In this document: one piece after another, positions 9,295 to 18,774 of the stretch
Layout: each line of letters starts with the position of its first letter
How positions within the stretch are numbered: the stretch's first letter is position 1
Virus genome (UHGV): UHGV-0043902
Direction: 5' to 3' (one strand)
Source: a virus
DNA length: 44,074 bases
Program-made: the position numbers and the translations under genes
Notes under the pieces: model-generated
Databases searched by the model: none
Seen by the model: only the letters and a program-made list of their open reading frames with translations
Told to the model about the DNA's origin: nothing

Positions 9295-9560
9295 TACGAA
9301 ACCTCAAACTGATTCGTACTTTCGCGAAAAACAAGTTTCCCCGGTGAACAAGGCAGCGCCAGATTGATGTCGTAATTGTCAGGTGACGCGATCAACGGCA
9401 TGTACACAATCACGTCGCCAGAACTGTCTTTCAGTTCCAGGTAGTAACGATTTGCATACAGATTAAACGGAACGCGGGCGAATGTTTCATATTCTCCGAT
9501 TCTGGCCGTGAACTGAAACGGACCTCGCCCGTCCGGTTTGAAAGGAATTAACGTTGTCAT
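9294..9560 (-). CDS. Small tail protein, hypothetical
   Basis: 88 aa ORF translationally coupled (ATGA-type overlaps) within the tail operon. Confidence 0.4.
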   Translation of the reverse strand: MTTLIPFKPDGRGPFQFTARIGEYETFARVPFNLYANRYYLELKDSSGDVIVYMPLIASPDNYDINLALPCSPGKLVFRESTNQFEVS

Positions 9561-10225
9561 AAGCCAATACCAAACTCCTGCACGACCTGGTTCTTAATAC
9601 CTGACCACGATAGCGGCCCGTCTGACGGCATCCCTTTATCAAATTTATCCAGAACGCTCGCCAGCGTCTTTACTGTTTGTTCGACAGACGACAATGGTTG
9701 CTCAAACTCAATCTGCCAGGTGTGCTGCACTTGCTTGTTCTGCTCAGAGAAACCGGATGTATCGATAAACGACCGCATCAGGCAGCGCGTGTAGATAAAC
9801 GAGGGAGTCAGAACGGTGTAGCAACCGCCATACTGGTTATGCATATCAAGCGCCATTTTCAGCGCCGTGAACGTCATTCCCTTCGTGGTGTAGCCACCGT
9901 CCTCCGTAGATGCCGGGCGGATCATCTGCATGACTACCCGGTTAGGCTTCCTGACGGTCGCATTCGCTGCCGTTACCTGGTTATAGAAATTCAGGTTGCA
10001 GATATCCTGCTGGACTAACGTTGTCCCCGCCATTGGCGTGAATGCTGCCATCGAACGTGTACGAATCTCTCCATGCAGCAGACCGTTCGCGATGCTTAGT
10101 CCTTCGGTCAGAACAGCAATCGGCATCACCCCGCCAGGAATTTTCGACGCTATGCCATCAACTAAAAGAATGGGCGATACTTCAAACGCCAGTTTGAAAG
10201 CTTGTCCAAAGTAATTAAGTGACAT
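9557..10225 (-). CDS. Tail protein, hypothetical (downstream of tape measure)
   Basis: 222 aa ORF immediately after the tape-measure gene. Confidence 0.4.
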   Translation of the reverse strand: MSLNYFGQAFKLAFEVSPILLVDGIASKIPGGVMPIAVLTEGLSIANGLLHGEIRTRSMAAFTPMAGTTLVQQDICNLNFYNQVTAANATVRKPNRVVMQMIRPASTEDGGYTTKGMTFTALKMALDMHNQYGGCYTVLTPSFIYTRCLMRSFIDTSGFSEQNKQVQHTWQIEFEQPLSSVEQTVKTLASVLDKFDKGMPSDGPLSWSGIKNQVVQEFGIGL

Positions 10226-10228
10226 GGT

Positions 10229-12310
10229 TTACCCCGGAATTTGTTGCATCCCAGCCAGTTGAGCCGAAATATCCGAACCTGGTTTTTGAAGAACCTCAAG
10301 CTGAATAAGGGCTCTCCCGCCTGGATTGCTGGCAAGTACCTGCTGAGCATTTCGTAATTTACCTTCAAGCATCGGCCTCTGCTCTCTCATAGCTGGTATC
10401 TGTGCCATGAGCTTAAGGAGATAGTCCACTGTTTCACTTTTGAGCCTCAGGGTATTATCTTTCCCTACAGCAACATTGCCTCCATTATACTGGGCCAGAA
10501 CTTTTGCTATATCACCACCATAACGCTTCATGCTATCAGTAAGATATCTGGCAGCGGCATGCGTTGACTTAACTGGGTCAAAAACGTCATTTCCCTCTAA
10601 TCCATAAGCTTTTGCTGTTTCTGGAATAAATTGAAATAAACCTTTCGCACCAGCTTTGCTGATTGCATTTGGATTCCATCCTGATTCTTTTTCGGCAATT
10701 GCCGCCATCATATTCTCAGGTAATAATGATTCCCGGTTTATCTTTCTTACGTAATCCTGCAACCCGTTTACTGTCGCTACTCCCGGAATGTCCATAGCGA
10801 TTTCAGGCGTTCCCTGAACGGTATTTTTGCGCCCCAGATCGGTATCAATACCTATCCAGCGAAGCGCATCACCAACATTTCTCTTGGTGTAGTCCCATGA
10901 TGAATTTGCCGAAGCAATGATATTCTCGTGATCTTTATACGCATAAGCACCATAAGCCATTGCCGCAGAGATCAACGGATGCCTCATCATCGCAGTTACA
11001 ACCGCACTCGCCACTCCAGTGAAAGCCCCGCTTCCTCCGGCAATAACCGCTGCCCCAAAAAGCCAGGGATGCTCCGCCGCAAAACCAACAAATCCGCCAA
11101 GAGCCTTAGTGACCTTTGCAACATTTCCGGCAAAGTTATTCAGGTCGTTATTAAAATCCGGGCCATTAACGTACTTACCAAGTTTATCCAGCCCCGTTTC
11201 TACATCTGTCAGAATCCTTTTAAAGTTCTCACCGTTCATGAAATTCAGGGCAGCATTCGTGGTGCCATTAGAAATTCTGATTAAGGGATATGCATTCCCG
11301 GCCAGCGCCCCCTGAAATCCACTGGTAAGCCGATCCCAGTTATTTTCTAAGTTACTGGTAAGATTCTGATACTGACGTGTATGTCCAGATGTGAGCAACG
11401 AGTCATTCTGAGAAGCCCGCAATAAAAACTCTCTATTGAGTTCAGGTATTTTGTCCTGATATTTGACTAACTGGTTAGCAAAGCCAAAGTTAACCCAACC
11501 CAGCCCCCTCCCGTTTAACATCCCTTGAGTTAATCCTGTTCCCTCATACTCCTTTGCAAGAGCAGCAACTCTTTCTAACAACACAGGGAGATTTTCTGTT
11601 GCCCCTTTTTTAGGATTTATCCCTAACCCAATTAGCCCGTTGTAGGCAGGATGCTGAGTGTCATTCTGCGCGGCTGCCAGTGTATTGAGCAAATTACCAA
11701 CACCGGAAAAATAAGGCGAATAAGTGCTTTCTGCCGCCTTTAACTCTCCTGGCGTTGCCTGCAATTCATCAGCATTTTTCTGTTTCTCTACAACATTACG
11801 AGCCATCATGCCAAAGCCAAACGGCCCGGCAACGCCCATAACCGCAAGTTTTGTCCCCCACGATACGGTGGTTTTAAACAGGTTGTTTAATCTCGAAGTG
11901 GTCGTCCGTAGCGTAGAATTGATCTGCTTGTAAGTTTTCAGCGTCTGTTTGGCGTTTTTACCCAGACTACTGAGATACTTATCAAACATCGTTTCGCCGC
12001 GACCTTTATAGTTGCTCACCAGCGAATCAGGTGTTTTTCCGCTACCGACAAAGCGCCCTTTTTCATCCCTTAAACGTCCATCGGTGGGAGCAGGTGAAGA
12101 TGGTTTCCTGGGAGCCTGATTGGCTTCTCCGCCTGTGCTTGTCTGCCAGGAGCCACCTCCCGGACCTGTATTTGAAGGTATTTTAAGCGGCGTACCGGCA
12201 GGGCCAATCATCAGTCCGTTGCGATACTTTTCAAATATCGCCTCAAGCCGCCTGAGGTGTTCTTCATTAACATCCAGCGTCAGAACTGGCATCTGGTTAC
12301 CAGCCATCAC
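10229..12310 (-). CDS. Tail tape measure protein with C-terminal lytic transglycosylase (SLT) domain
   Basis: 693 aa; Gly/Ala-rich helical N-terminal part; C-terminal AIAEKESGWNPNAISKAGAKGLFQFIPETAKAYG matches the SLT catalytic-Glu motif (ES...GLMQ/FQ...T); follows the chaperone pair. Confidence 0.8.
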   Translation of the reverse strand: MMAGNQMPVLTLDVNEEHLRRLEAIFEKYRNGLMIGPAGTPLKIPSNTGPGGGSWQTSTGGEANQAPRKPSSPAPTDGRLRDEKGRFVGSGKTPDSLVSNYKGRGETMFDKYLSSLGKNAKQTLKTYKQINSTLRTTTSRLNNLFKTTVSWGTKLAVMGVAGPFGFGMMARNVVEKQKNADELQATPGELKAAESTYSPYFSGVGNLLNTLAAAQNDTQHPAYNGLIGLGINPKKGATENLPVLLERVAALAKEYEGTGLTQGMLNGRGLGWVNFGFANQLVKYQDKIPELNREFLLRASQNDSLLTSGHTRQYQNLTSNLENNWDRLTSGFQGALAGNAYPLIRISNGTTNAALNFMNGENFKRILTDVETGLDKLGKYVNGPDFNNDLNNFAGNVAKVTKALGGFVGFAAEHPWLFGAAVIAGGSGAFTGVASAVVTAMMRHPLISAAMAYGAYAYKDHENIIASANSSWDYTKRNVGDALRWIGIDTDLGRKNTVQGTPEIAMDIPGVATVNGLQDYVRKINRESLLPENMMAAIAEKESGWNPNAISKAGAKGLFQFIPETAKAYGLEGNDVFDPVKSTHAAARYLTDSMKRYGGDIAKVLAQYNGGNVAVGKDNTLRLKSETVDYLLKLMAQIPAMREQRPMLEGKLRNAQQVLASNPGGRALIQLEVLQKPGSDISAQLAGMQQIPG

Positions 12311-12600
12311 AATACTCCTGCGGGATTTTTGAATTTGAGCAGCTCACGAAACTGAGCTGCTGTTTTTACATTCAGACCGGAATCTGCACAGATGTCTCTG
12401 AATCCGGCTCCGGCTGAGTAGTCGAGGATGTCGCTGATGACGTGTTCGCCGTCGCGCCAGAACTGGCGGCTGATTTCAATGTCGGCAATGAAGCGATCCA
12501 TTCCGTAAGATTCAATGACGAGCATTGAGTGCTCCATATTCCATTGACCACATCCATAGTCCCCTTCGCCTGCTCCGGTGAATTTATCGACGAGACGCAT
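12307..12600 (-). CDS. Tail assembly chaperone -1 frame extension (GT-like; expressed by programmed frameshift)
   Basis: ORF in the -1 frame relative to the upstream chaperone, no SD, preceded directly by T8 (minus strand); overlaps the tape-measure start by 4 nt. Confidence 0.55.
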   Translation of the reverse strand: MRLVDKFTGAGEGDYGCGQWNMEHSMLVIESYGMDRFIADIEISRQFWRDGEHVISDILDYSAGAGFRDICADSGLNVKTAAQFRELLKFKNPAGVL

Positions 12601-12989
12601 GTAAAAAAAACGAGTTCACCCGCAACATCATCCAGCTCAACGATTTCACGCTCCAGCGCCATATCAAGAGGGATTGTGTCGTAACCTTTGCCCTCCACCG
12701 GATAAACAAGGTTTGCCAGGCGAATTATTTCGTTCACCAGCGTATTACGAACTCCCTTATCATCGTCCCAGATACCGGAATCACGCGAGATCCGCTCCAG
12801 CATCAGAAAAGCAACGCGCGGCCCGGCAACGACGCCAAGACCTTCTGAAAAAATGGCAGAAAAAGTTTTACTCAGAATGAAGAAATGCTCTTTAAACACC
12901 TCTTTGCTGATCGGCGTGGCATGGATCCAGCCATTACCCTTTTCTGTCCGGACAGGAATAATCAGATTCAGATTTCGGGAGATTTTCAT
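12372..12989 (-). CDS. Tail assembly chaperone, zero-frame product (G-like)
   Basis: ORF between the tube and tape-measure genes; ATG at 12989 overlaps the tube stop (ATGA); contains the slippery T8 run. Confidence 0.6.
   Translation of the reverse strand: MKISRNLNLIIPVRTEKGNGWIHATPISKEVFKEHFFILSKTFSAIFSEGLGVVAGPRVAFLMLERISRDSGIWDDDKGVRNTLVNEIIRLANLVYPVEGKGYDTIPLDMALEREIVELDDVAGELVFFTCVSSINSPEQAKGTMDVVNGIWSTQCSSLNLTEWIASLPTLKSAASSGATANTSSATSSTTQPEPDSETSVQIPV
12603..12610 (-). other. Candidate -1 programmed ribosomal frameshift slippery site (T TTT TTT in zero frame)
   Basis: Zero-frame codons GTT TTT TTT ACA (..ELVFFT..); a -1 slip continues as ..FF-YMRLVDKF.. into the downstream ORF; frame arithmetic checked from coordinates. 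Confidence 0.55.
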
Positions 12990-13429
12990 ACCAGATCCCA
13001 CATTTCAGAGTTGATGTAATACGTACCGGTAATGGTGATGGCCACACCCGGCTCGCCCCCGGCGAAGGTCATATCCTGCACGTTGGTGATCGCCGTGTTA
13101 TAGATATCGAAGTCACCGAATACCGTGCTGTCGCTATACACTTTTGCGTCGCCGATCGTGGCATTCTTTTCCCATTGCGCCTTGAATTGTTTTCCCAGCG
13201 CCTGGCTACGCAGCAGATGAACACGCGCCTGTAAAATCATGTATGGCTGCGGCGACTGCACGGCTCCCGTCATAGCGGGTAAAAACTCCGTGATATTGCC
13301 CTGAAAGGACAATTCGACGCCTTCTTTTGCCAGAAATGAGGCGGACACATTCAGTTCGGAATGAGAGGTGAATTTAACGCTGGCGCGAACCCGGTTAAGG
13401 GTGCCAACGGGGATCATTGGATTAGGCAC
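12986..13429 (-). CDS. Tail tube protein
   Basis: 147 aa ORF directly after the sheath-sized gene and before the chaperone pair. Confidence 0.55.
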   Translation of the reverse strand: MPNPMIPVGTLNRVRASVKFTSHSELNVSASFLAKEGVELSFQGNITEFLPAMTGAVQSPQPYMILQARVHLLRSQALGKQFKAQWEKNATIGDAKVYSDSTVFGDFDIYNTAITNVQDMTFAGGEPGVAITITGTYYINSEMWDLV

Positions 13430-13440
13430 GGTTCAGTCCC

Positions 13441-14778
13441 TCACGAAAGCTGCATTGTCACATTGATGTTAAAAATGATTTCGACAAATCCGCGCATCGG
13501 CGTATAGGAGGCCGAAAGGCCTGCATAACGCCCGATACCGTAATCATTCGGATTAGTGTTGATATAGTGACGGAAAGGCACTGCATCGACGACAGGCTGA
13601 CCGTTGACCAGGCCGTAAGATACGCCCGTATTGAACACCGCCTGTGCGACCTGCTGTAGACGGTCGATCCCGTCCTGGTTGTAGTAAAGCGGGTTAATTG
13701 GGTTATTGCTGCCGTTGATCACCGTGTTGGCGAGCTGCATATCGACATTAATCTGCACCCAGTCAACGGAATACCAGTACGTCATATCGTTACCGTCACT
13801 GGTAACGCCTTTCACCAGAATCGTGTTGGAAATTCCCCCCTCAGCCCCCGTGTCGACGTAGTTAATATTCTGCTTCGTCATCGTAGCCAGAATGGAATTT
13901 TTGCCCTTGTGGGCGTTTACCGCCTGTAGATAGCGAAATGCCATCGGCGGCACCTTGTTGATTTCTGAAGGTGATGCGGAAACATAGTTCCACATTACGG
14001 CTGCTGCCGCGTTTGTCGCCGGGTACGTATCATCCGCCGTTGCAATAACCGACTTAATACCGGCATAAGGCGAAACGTAATTCGTGTCGTCCGGCGTTTT
14101 CGTCAGCACGAAGAAATACTGCATCGCTTCGTTGGCGGTGTGGAGTTTTGCCAGACTGATAAATTCTGCGTCACCATCCCACCGCTGCGGCACCAGATAC
14201 GCATAAAACCGCAGGAGCGGATCTTCCATATAAGCTTTCAGTGCAGCGATTTCCTTACTGACCCCGCCTTTCTGTACTCCCAGCTCCAGCAGGTAAATCC
14301 CAACTGAATTTCCCTGGGCAAAAAACGTGTTTACTGCCGTCACCAGATTTTCACTGCCGACAATGGAAAACTGCCCTAGTGTCACTGGCGAACCGGAAAG
14401 CTGAGAATCAGCAATCGTCCAGGTCAGTGTTTTTTCATCCGTGACGGTAGCAGTATATTCGCCATTCCACGCGTCGGGCGAACACCCGGAAACAACAATT
14501 TTCACCTCAGAACTGTTTTCGCGTCGGATGTTGCTCCCTTCCGGAAGCGTCATCGTAACGGTGACGTTTGCCGCAGATTTTCCTGCGGCAGCCGCCGACA
14601 ACGCAGCAATCGGATTTTTAACCAGATCGTTAATATCCTGATTGCTGGTGAGTAATACAGGTTTCCCCGGCTCATGAGTCGTGGAGCCAAACGAGAGAAC
14701 CGCAGACATCTGCTGCAAATTCGAGGGAATGGCCCCGATGGTCTGGGACACATTCACCGTGACGATATTAAACCCCAT
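13441..14778 (-). CDS. Contractile tail sheath protein
   Basis: 445 aa; size and position upstream of tube, chaperones and tape measure; baseplate J/V-like genes downstream support a myovirus-type tail. Confidence 0.6.
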   Translation of the reverse strand: MGFNIVTVNVSQTIGAIPSNLQQMSAVLSFGSTTHEPGKPVLLTSNQDINDLVKNPIAALSAAAAGKSAANVTVTMTLPEGSNIRRENSSEVKIVVSGCSPDAWNGEYTATVTDEKTLTWTIADSQLSGSPVTLGQFSIVGSENLVTAVNTFFAQGNSVGIYLLELGVQKGGVSKEIAALKAYMEDPLLRFYAYLVPQRWDGDAEFISLAKLHTANEAMQYFFVLTKTPDDTNYVSPYAGIKSVIATADDTYPATNAAAAVMWNYVSASPSEINKVPPMAFRYLQAVNAHKGKNSILATMTKQNINYVDTGAEGGISNTILVKGVTSDGNDMTYWYSVDWVQINVDMQLANTVINGSNNPINPLYYNQDGIDRLQQVAQAVFNTGVSYGLVNGQPVVDAVPFRHYINTNPNDYGIGRYAGLSASYTPMRGFVEIIFNINVTMQLS

Positions 14779-15722
14779 TATTTAACCTCATATTTACAAA
14801 TAACTTTTTCAATCAACTGCCGGGATATTTTCCGGGCGGTGCTCTGGTAGTAATTCACGTCAAAATCGACAATCTTTTTCTTCGCCAGAGCGTTGATTTC
14901 AACCTGTCCCGACTTTGCGTCCTGAACCACCGGAATATTGGTTACACCAAACTTTTCCTCCTCCAGCGCCCTGTTCACCACCGAATCGACAAGATCCAGC
15001 GCCATTTTGTTGCTGAATCCGTAAAGCGTCAGGCGAACCGAATCCTGGACGAGCTGGAATCGCTCACCACCGAAAACAACGGGAGCCACCTGCAAAGGAA
15101 TACTGTTGCGAACATCCACCGCGATATACGGAGGGCGAAGGTTCTGCGGTACCAGGTAAGACGGATACACGGTCGCGGCATCTTTCATTTGCAGCCAGAT
15201 CGGGATGCTGTTGGAGATGATCTGCTCGTCGCTGATATCCTCCTCGCAGTCGATAATCTGAGAACGCATGGTTGGTAAAATCGCCATGCCGCGATAATGA
15301 AAAATACCCGACTGCTGATAACGGCTCTCCATTCGTGAAAAAGCGAACTGGACGCCTCCGTACTCACCGAGATAGATCGCATCGGGATTTTCCACATTAA
15401 AATCATCAACCTGCTGAACAGGCGTGAAAATAATGTTGTTCACATCCTTCGAGACAGACTCGTCCTGAATCGCAATAACCTGACGATGCAGGCTGCCTTT
15501 GATTTTCAGACGAGTTGGTGACTCAATATTCAGGCGACACAGTTCATCGCAACTGATGATTTCCGCATTAACCCAATAGACAAAGCCATCCAGCGGCAGA
15601 ACCTGCCGGACATAGAGCCTGAACGTGATTTCCTGGTCTGACGAGATGGTTTCAACTGCGGATTTAAGAACGGACGAGAGCTGCGAACTGTGCTGTTCGG
15701 CTAATTCCTCAAGACTCGGCAT
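14778..15722 (-). CDS. Hypothetical structural protein (head-tail joining region)
   Basis: 314 aa ORF between the head and tail blocks. Confidence 0.35.
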   Translation of the reverse strand: MPSLEELAEQHSSQLSSVLKSAVETISSDQEITFRLYVRQVLPLDGFVYWVNAEIISCDELCRLNIESPTRLKIKGSLHRQVIAIQDESVSKDVNNIIFTPVQQVDDFNVENPDAIYLGEYGGVQFAFSRMESRYQQSGIFHYRGMAILPTMRSQIIDCEEDISDEQIISNSIPIWLQMKDAATVYPSYLVPQNLRPPYIAVDVRNSIPLQVAPVVFGGERFQLVQDSVRLTLYGFSNKMALDLVDSVVNRALEEEKFGVTNIPVVQDAKSGQVEINALAKKKIVDFDVNYYQSTARKISRQLIEKVICKYEVK

Positions 15723-16164
15723 TATTATCTATCCACGCTATAAAGCTGCCCTTAAACAGGCCGCCGTCTATGAATGACGGACGCCGCTCTCCGGTATATT
15801 TGTCCTTAAGCCTGGAGTTAACGCCCAGTAGCGCGGCCTGAGTTGGCACAGGGTTTCCGTTAATCGTCATCCCGGCCATTTCTTCAGTTTCAAGAAAAAT
15901 ATGGAAAATCTTCCCGGTCCCTTCCAGAAAATGCTCGCCAGGTAGCGGAGCCTTATACTTGAAGTGATTGACCAACTGGTACGCCAGTTCAGTACCTGCC
16001 TCCTGGATAATCTCGTCCTTATGCATTTCCCAGAAGTGCGTAAAAATTTCGTATCGCTCCTCGAGGTCACAGGCCACGTCAAACGTGGTTTTTCCCGGTT
16101 CGTCGCCGTAGTCATACGGCTGGTCGATAACCCCAAAACAAAGTTTCATGGCGTGTACCCCCAT
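15709..16164 (-). CDS. Hypothetical head-tail connector/completion protein
   Basis: 151 aa ORF, coupled. Confidence 0.35.
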   Translation of the reverse strand: MGVHAMKLCFGVIDQPYDYGDEPGKTTFDVACDLEERYEIFTHFWEMHKDEIIQEAGTELAYQLVNHFKYKAPLPGEHFLEGTGKIFHIFLETEEMAGMTINGNPVPTQAALLGVNSRLKDKYTGERRPSFIDGGLFKGSFIAWIDNNAES

Positions 16165-16586
16165 ACCGTGCCCATCTGCATCAGCACCGCAACAACCTGT
16201 CGTCCATACGGATCCTGCAACATCTGCAAATCCAACAAAGACAGATTACTCAGCGCGTCGCTGATAGTGATCGAACCCGATGTCCCCTGGTCTGCTGCCG
16301 CGTTGACAAGCCCGGTAGCCAGTTTCCCAAGGTTGAGTTTTTTTCTCAGGCCGGCAAACCACGAGCCGGGGGCGAAATTCAGGAGAAATGAGGCGGCAGC
16401 GTTATAAACCGTTCGCACATAGATGATGGGTAAACGCTCCAGCCCCTGATCGTGAGGGATTAGCTCCATCGCAGACTGAAAGCAACATTCCAGCGTCGGA
16501 TCATCGTCAGCAATAGCGTGAACCGGTACTTTCATGTCGTCACGAACAAAGCGAATAAATCCCTCCAGTGAGGGACGCAGGGTCAT
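16146..16586 (-). CDS. Hypothetical head-tail connector/completion protein
   Basis: 146 aa ORF, coupled. Confidence 0.35.
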   Translation of the reverse strand: MTLRPSLEGFIRFVRDDMKVPVHAIADDDPTLECCFQSAMELIPHDQGLERLPIIYVRTVYNAAASFLLNFAPGSWFAGLRKKLNLGKLATGLVNAAADQGTSGSITISDALSNLSLLDLQMLQDPYGRQVVAVLMQMGTVWGYTP

Positions 16587-17071
16587 TATTTTTTAACCTT
16601 AATATTTCGCTTTGTGCTGGGTGGATTTTCCTGTTCGGTGTTGATCGCTTCCCCGGTGATTTCCACCTCAATACCGCCCGGTTGAGGTTTTTCGCCGCTC
16701 TGAATCACTGCCTGATCCACTGCGTTATTCAGCGATACGGCGCTGGCCGCAAGAATTTCCTCTGACATGGATTCCAGATTTTCCGTTTTCTGCTCCGCGC
16801 AATCCTCAATGCGACCGACGCTCACAGGTTTATCGATGGAATAGCAGATACCGGAAAAATTCTTGTCCACCTTGTCACAACGCTGGAATCCGTAAGGCTC
16901 ATGCTGTCGGATGATGTGGTCGATAATATCGGACTGATTTTCGATCATATGCTGACGTCCGGACGGAATTGTCACACCGAACGACTGCGTTTTTTCGGGG
17001 AGTTTGTAGTTGAACGTGTGCGGCTGACGTGAGCAGTTAGCGATGTAAAGCTTCATAAATTTTTCCCACAA
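16586..17071 (-). CDS. Hypothetical head completion protein
   Basis: 161 aa ORF downstream of the major capsid gene. Confidence 0.35.
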   Translation of the reverse strand: MWEKFMKLYIANCSRQPHTFNYKLPEKTQSFGVTIPSGRQHMIENQSDIIDHIIRQHEPYGFQRCDKVDKNFSGICYSIDKPVSVGRIEDCAEQKTENLESMSEEILAASAVSLNNAVDQAVIQSGEKPQPGGIEVEITGEAINTEQENPPSTKRNIKVKK

Positions 17072-17113
17072 AAAAGGGGAGCATTTAGCTCCCCGCGTTA
17101 TCAGGTTGAACGT

Positions 17114-18142
17114 TTATGCGTATTTGGCAGACAACAGGGTGATCCCCTCCGGGCGGAAGTTCCAGCCCGGCGTCGCGCGCATGGTATACAATGTGGTCAG
17201 GCCGCCATCCGGCATAGGGGACGGGATTTCCGTCGGCGCTGCCATGTCGCAGAACATCACGTTGACGGCCTGCTGGTTCGGTACCAGCGTGGAGAAAATA
17301 TTGGTATTAATGGCGTGACGCGCTTCCGGCACCTCAATCGTCGGGTTCGTAACGATGATCAGGTCATTACCACCAGCGCCCTTACCGATCAGCGTGTCGT
17401 CCTGGCAGAAAATGATATCATCGCCTGTCGCCTTATCGGCGACGTCTTTAACCACCGTTCCCACCGTTCCGGTACCACCACCAGGACGCTGGTAACTGGT
17501 CAGCTCAACAATTCCTGTCCACTCCAGCGCCTTCATGAATCGCTGCGGACTCAGAATGACAGTCGTTAATGGCTGCCCCAGCAGCAACATGCGGGTTTTC
17601 TGGTCAGCAATCAGGCCAAGCATAAATTTAGCCATCTCACCGGAATCCCAGGTGGTGTATGAATCGTTACCTTTGCTGTCGTTGCCCAGATTCAGTGTCA
17701 CTGCATTCGGGGAGTTGGTGATCCCTTCGTTATTCTTCGCTTCAACACCGTACAGCAGCATATTACGCAACATTTGAGCGTGTCCCTGGCGGTTAGCCAG
17801 GCGCAGACCTTCAATCAGAGAATAGCCCCAGCGATCTGCTGCATCAGTATCGAGATAGCTGTATTGCGAGCGGGAAGAAATTCGGTAAGTCATCATCCCG
17901 TCATAGCCGCCAGAGATACTGGAAGACGGTAACTGGCCCGGCAGAGACTGGCTGACCTGCGCCTGCGAGGTCATGCGCAGATATTTCTGATAGACCATCA
18001 AATCACTGGAACTGATTTTTACTGCCGGAGCACCACCAGCCAGGACTTCAAACGCCCCGGAAGCCATGCTCTGTTGCACGATCATTTCCGGCAGCACCAT
18101 TGACGGCGACACAATAGTAGTCGCAGGAGTAAATGCGCTCAT
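17114..18142 (-). CDS. Major capsid protein
   Basis: 342 aa; position after scaffold; composition typical of a capsid protein; SD ggggatattaattaATG. Confidence 0.6.
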   Translation of the reverse strand: MSAFTPATTIVSPSMVLPEMIVQQSMASGAFEVLAGGAPAVKISSSDLMVYQKYLRMTSQAQVSQSLPGQLPSSSISGGYDGMMTYRISSRSQYSYLDTDAADRWGYSLIEGLRLANRQGHAQMLRNMLLYGVEAKNNEGITNSPNAVTLNLGNDSKGNDSYTTWDSGEMAKFMLGLIADQKTRMLLLGQPLTTVILSPQRFMKALEWTGIVELTSYQRPGGGTGTVGTVVKDVADKATGDDIIFCQDDTLIGKGAGGNDLIIVTNPTIEVPEARHAINTNIFSTLVPNQQAVNVMFCDMAAPTEIPSPMPDGGLTTLYTMRATPGWNFRPEGITLLSAKYA

Positions 18143-18156
18143 TAATTAATATCCCC

Positions 18157-18774
18157 TTAAATTAAAAACAGGCCGCACGGTTTGCCGATTTCCCAGACAA
18201 CGTTACCGCCATCCTCTTTTTTCACCGTCAGGTTTCCGTCAACTGAAACCATCAGCAGCTTAATATCCACTTTCGGATTAGTGCCGGGTGATCCCGAATA
18301 AACATCAACCATGTTTTTCGTCAGATCCCACACAAAACCACTGGCAGCAACGGTGTTATTTCCATCAGCCAGCGCAACAACTTCTGCACTGACAGGGAGA
18401 GGAATGCGGGCACCTGAACCGACGCGGTAATAGTGAACAAAGCCACCCGCGAGATATAACGGCACCGGATTATCCGGCGTGGTAATGCCATGAAATGCCT
18501 GATTAAAGACTGTAAATGCGTTACAGGCGTCCTTCGTGGCCTGCTTGATAACCGCCCCGTTAACGCTGTCTTTCGCGGGAGCGATGCACTCGATAACACC
18601 GACACCACCCCATACCGGTTCACTGATTTTGCTGTCCAGTCGACCGGAGCAAAGTTGCAGACGAATTGCCGGATCATCCTGCGCATCCCCCTGCATCAGC
18701 CCACGGGATTCGACGTTAAAAAGGCCACCAAATGCTCCACGGTTTTTAAACGGATGAAAGTTAATATCAGCCAT
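18157..18774 (-). CDS. Hypothetical head protein (decoration or accessory)
   Basis: 205 aa ORF between the scaffold and capsid genes. Confidence 0.35.
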   Translation of the reverse strand: MADINFHPFKNRGAFGGLFNVESRGLMQGDAQDDPAIRLQLCSGRLDSKISEPVWGGVGVIECIAPAKDSVNGAVIKQATKDACNAFTVFNQAFHGITTPDNPVPLYLAGGFVHYYRVGSGARIPLPVSAEVVALADGNNTVAASGFVWDLTKNMVDVYSGSPGTNPKVDIKLLMVSVDGNLTVKKEDGGNVVWEIGKPCGLFLI

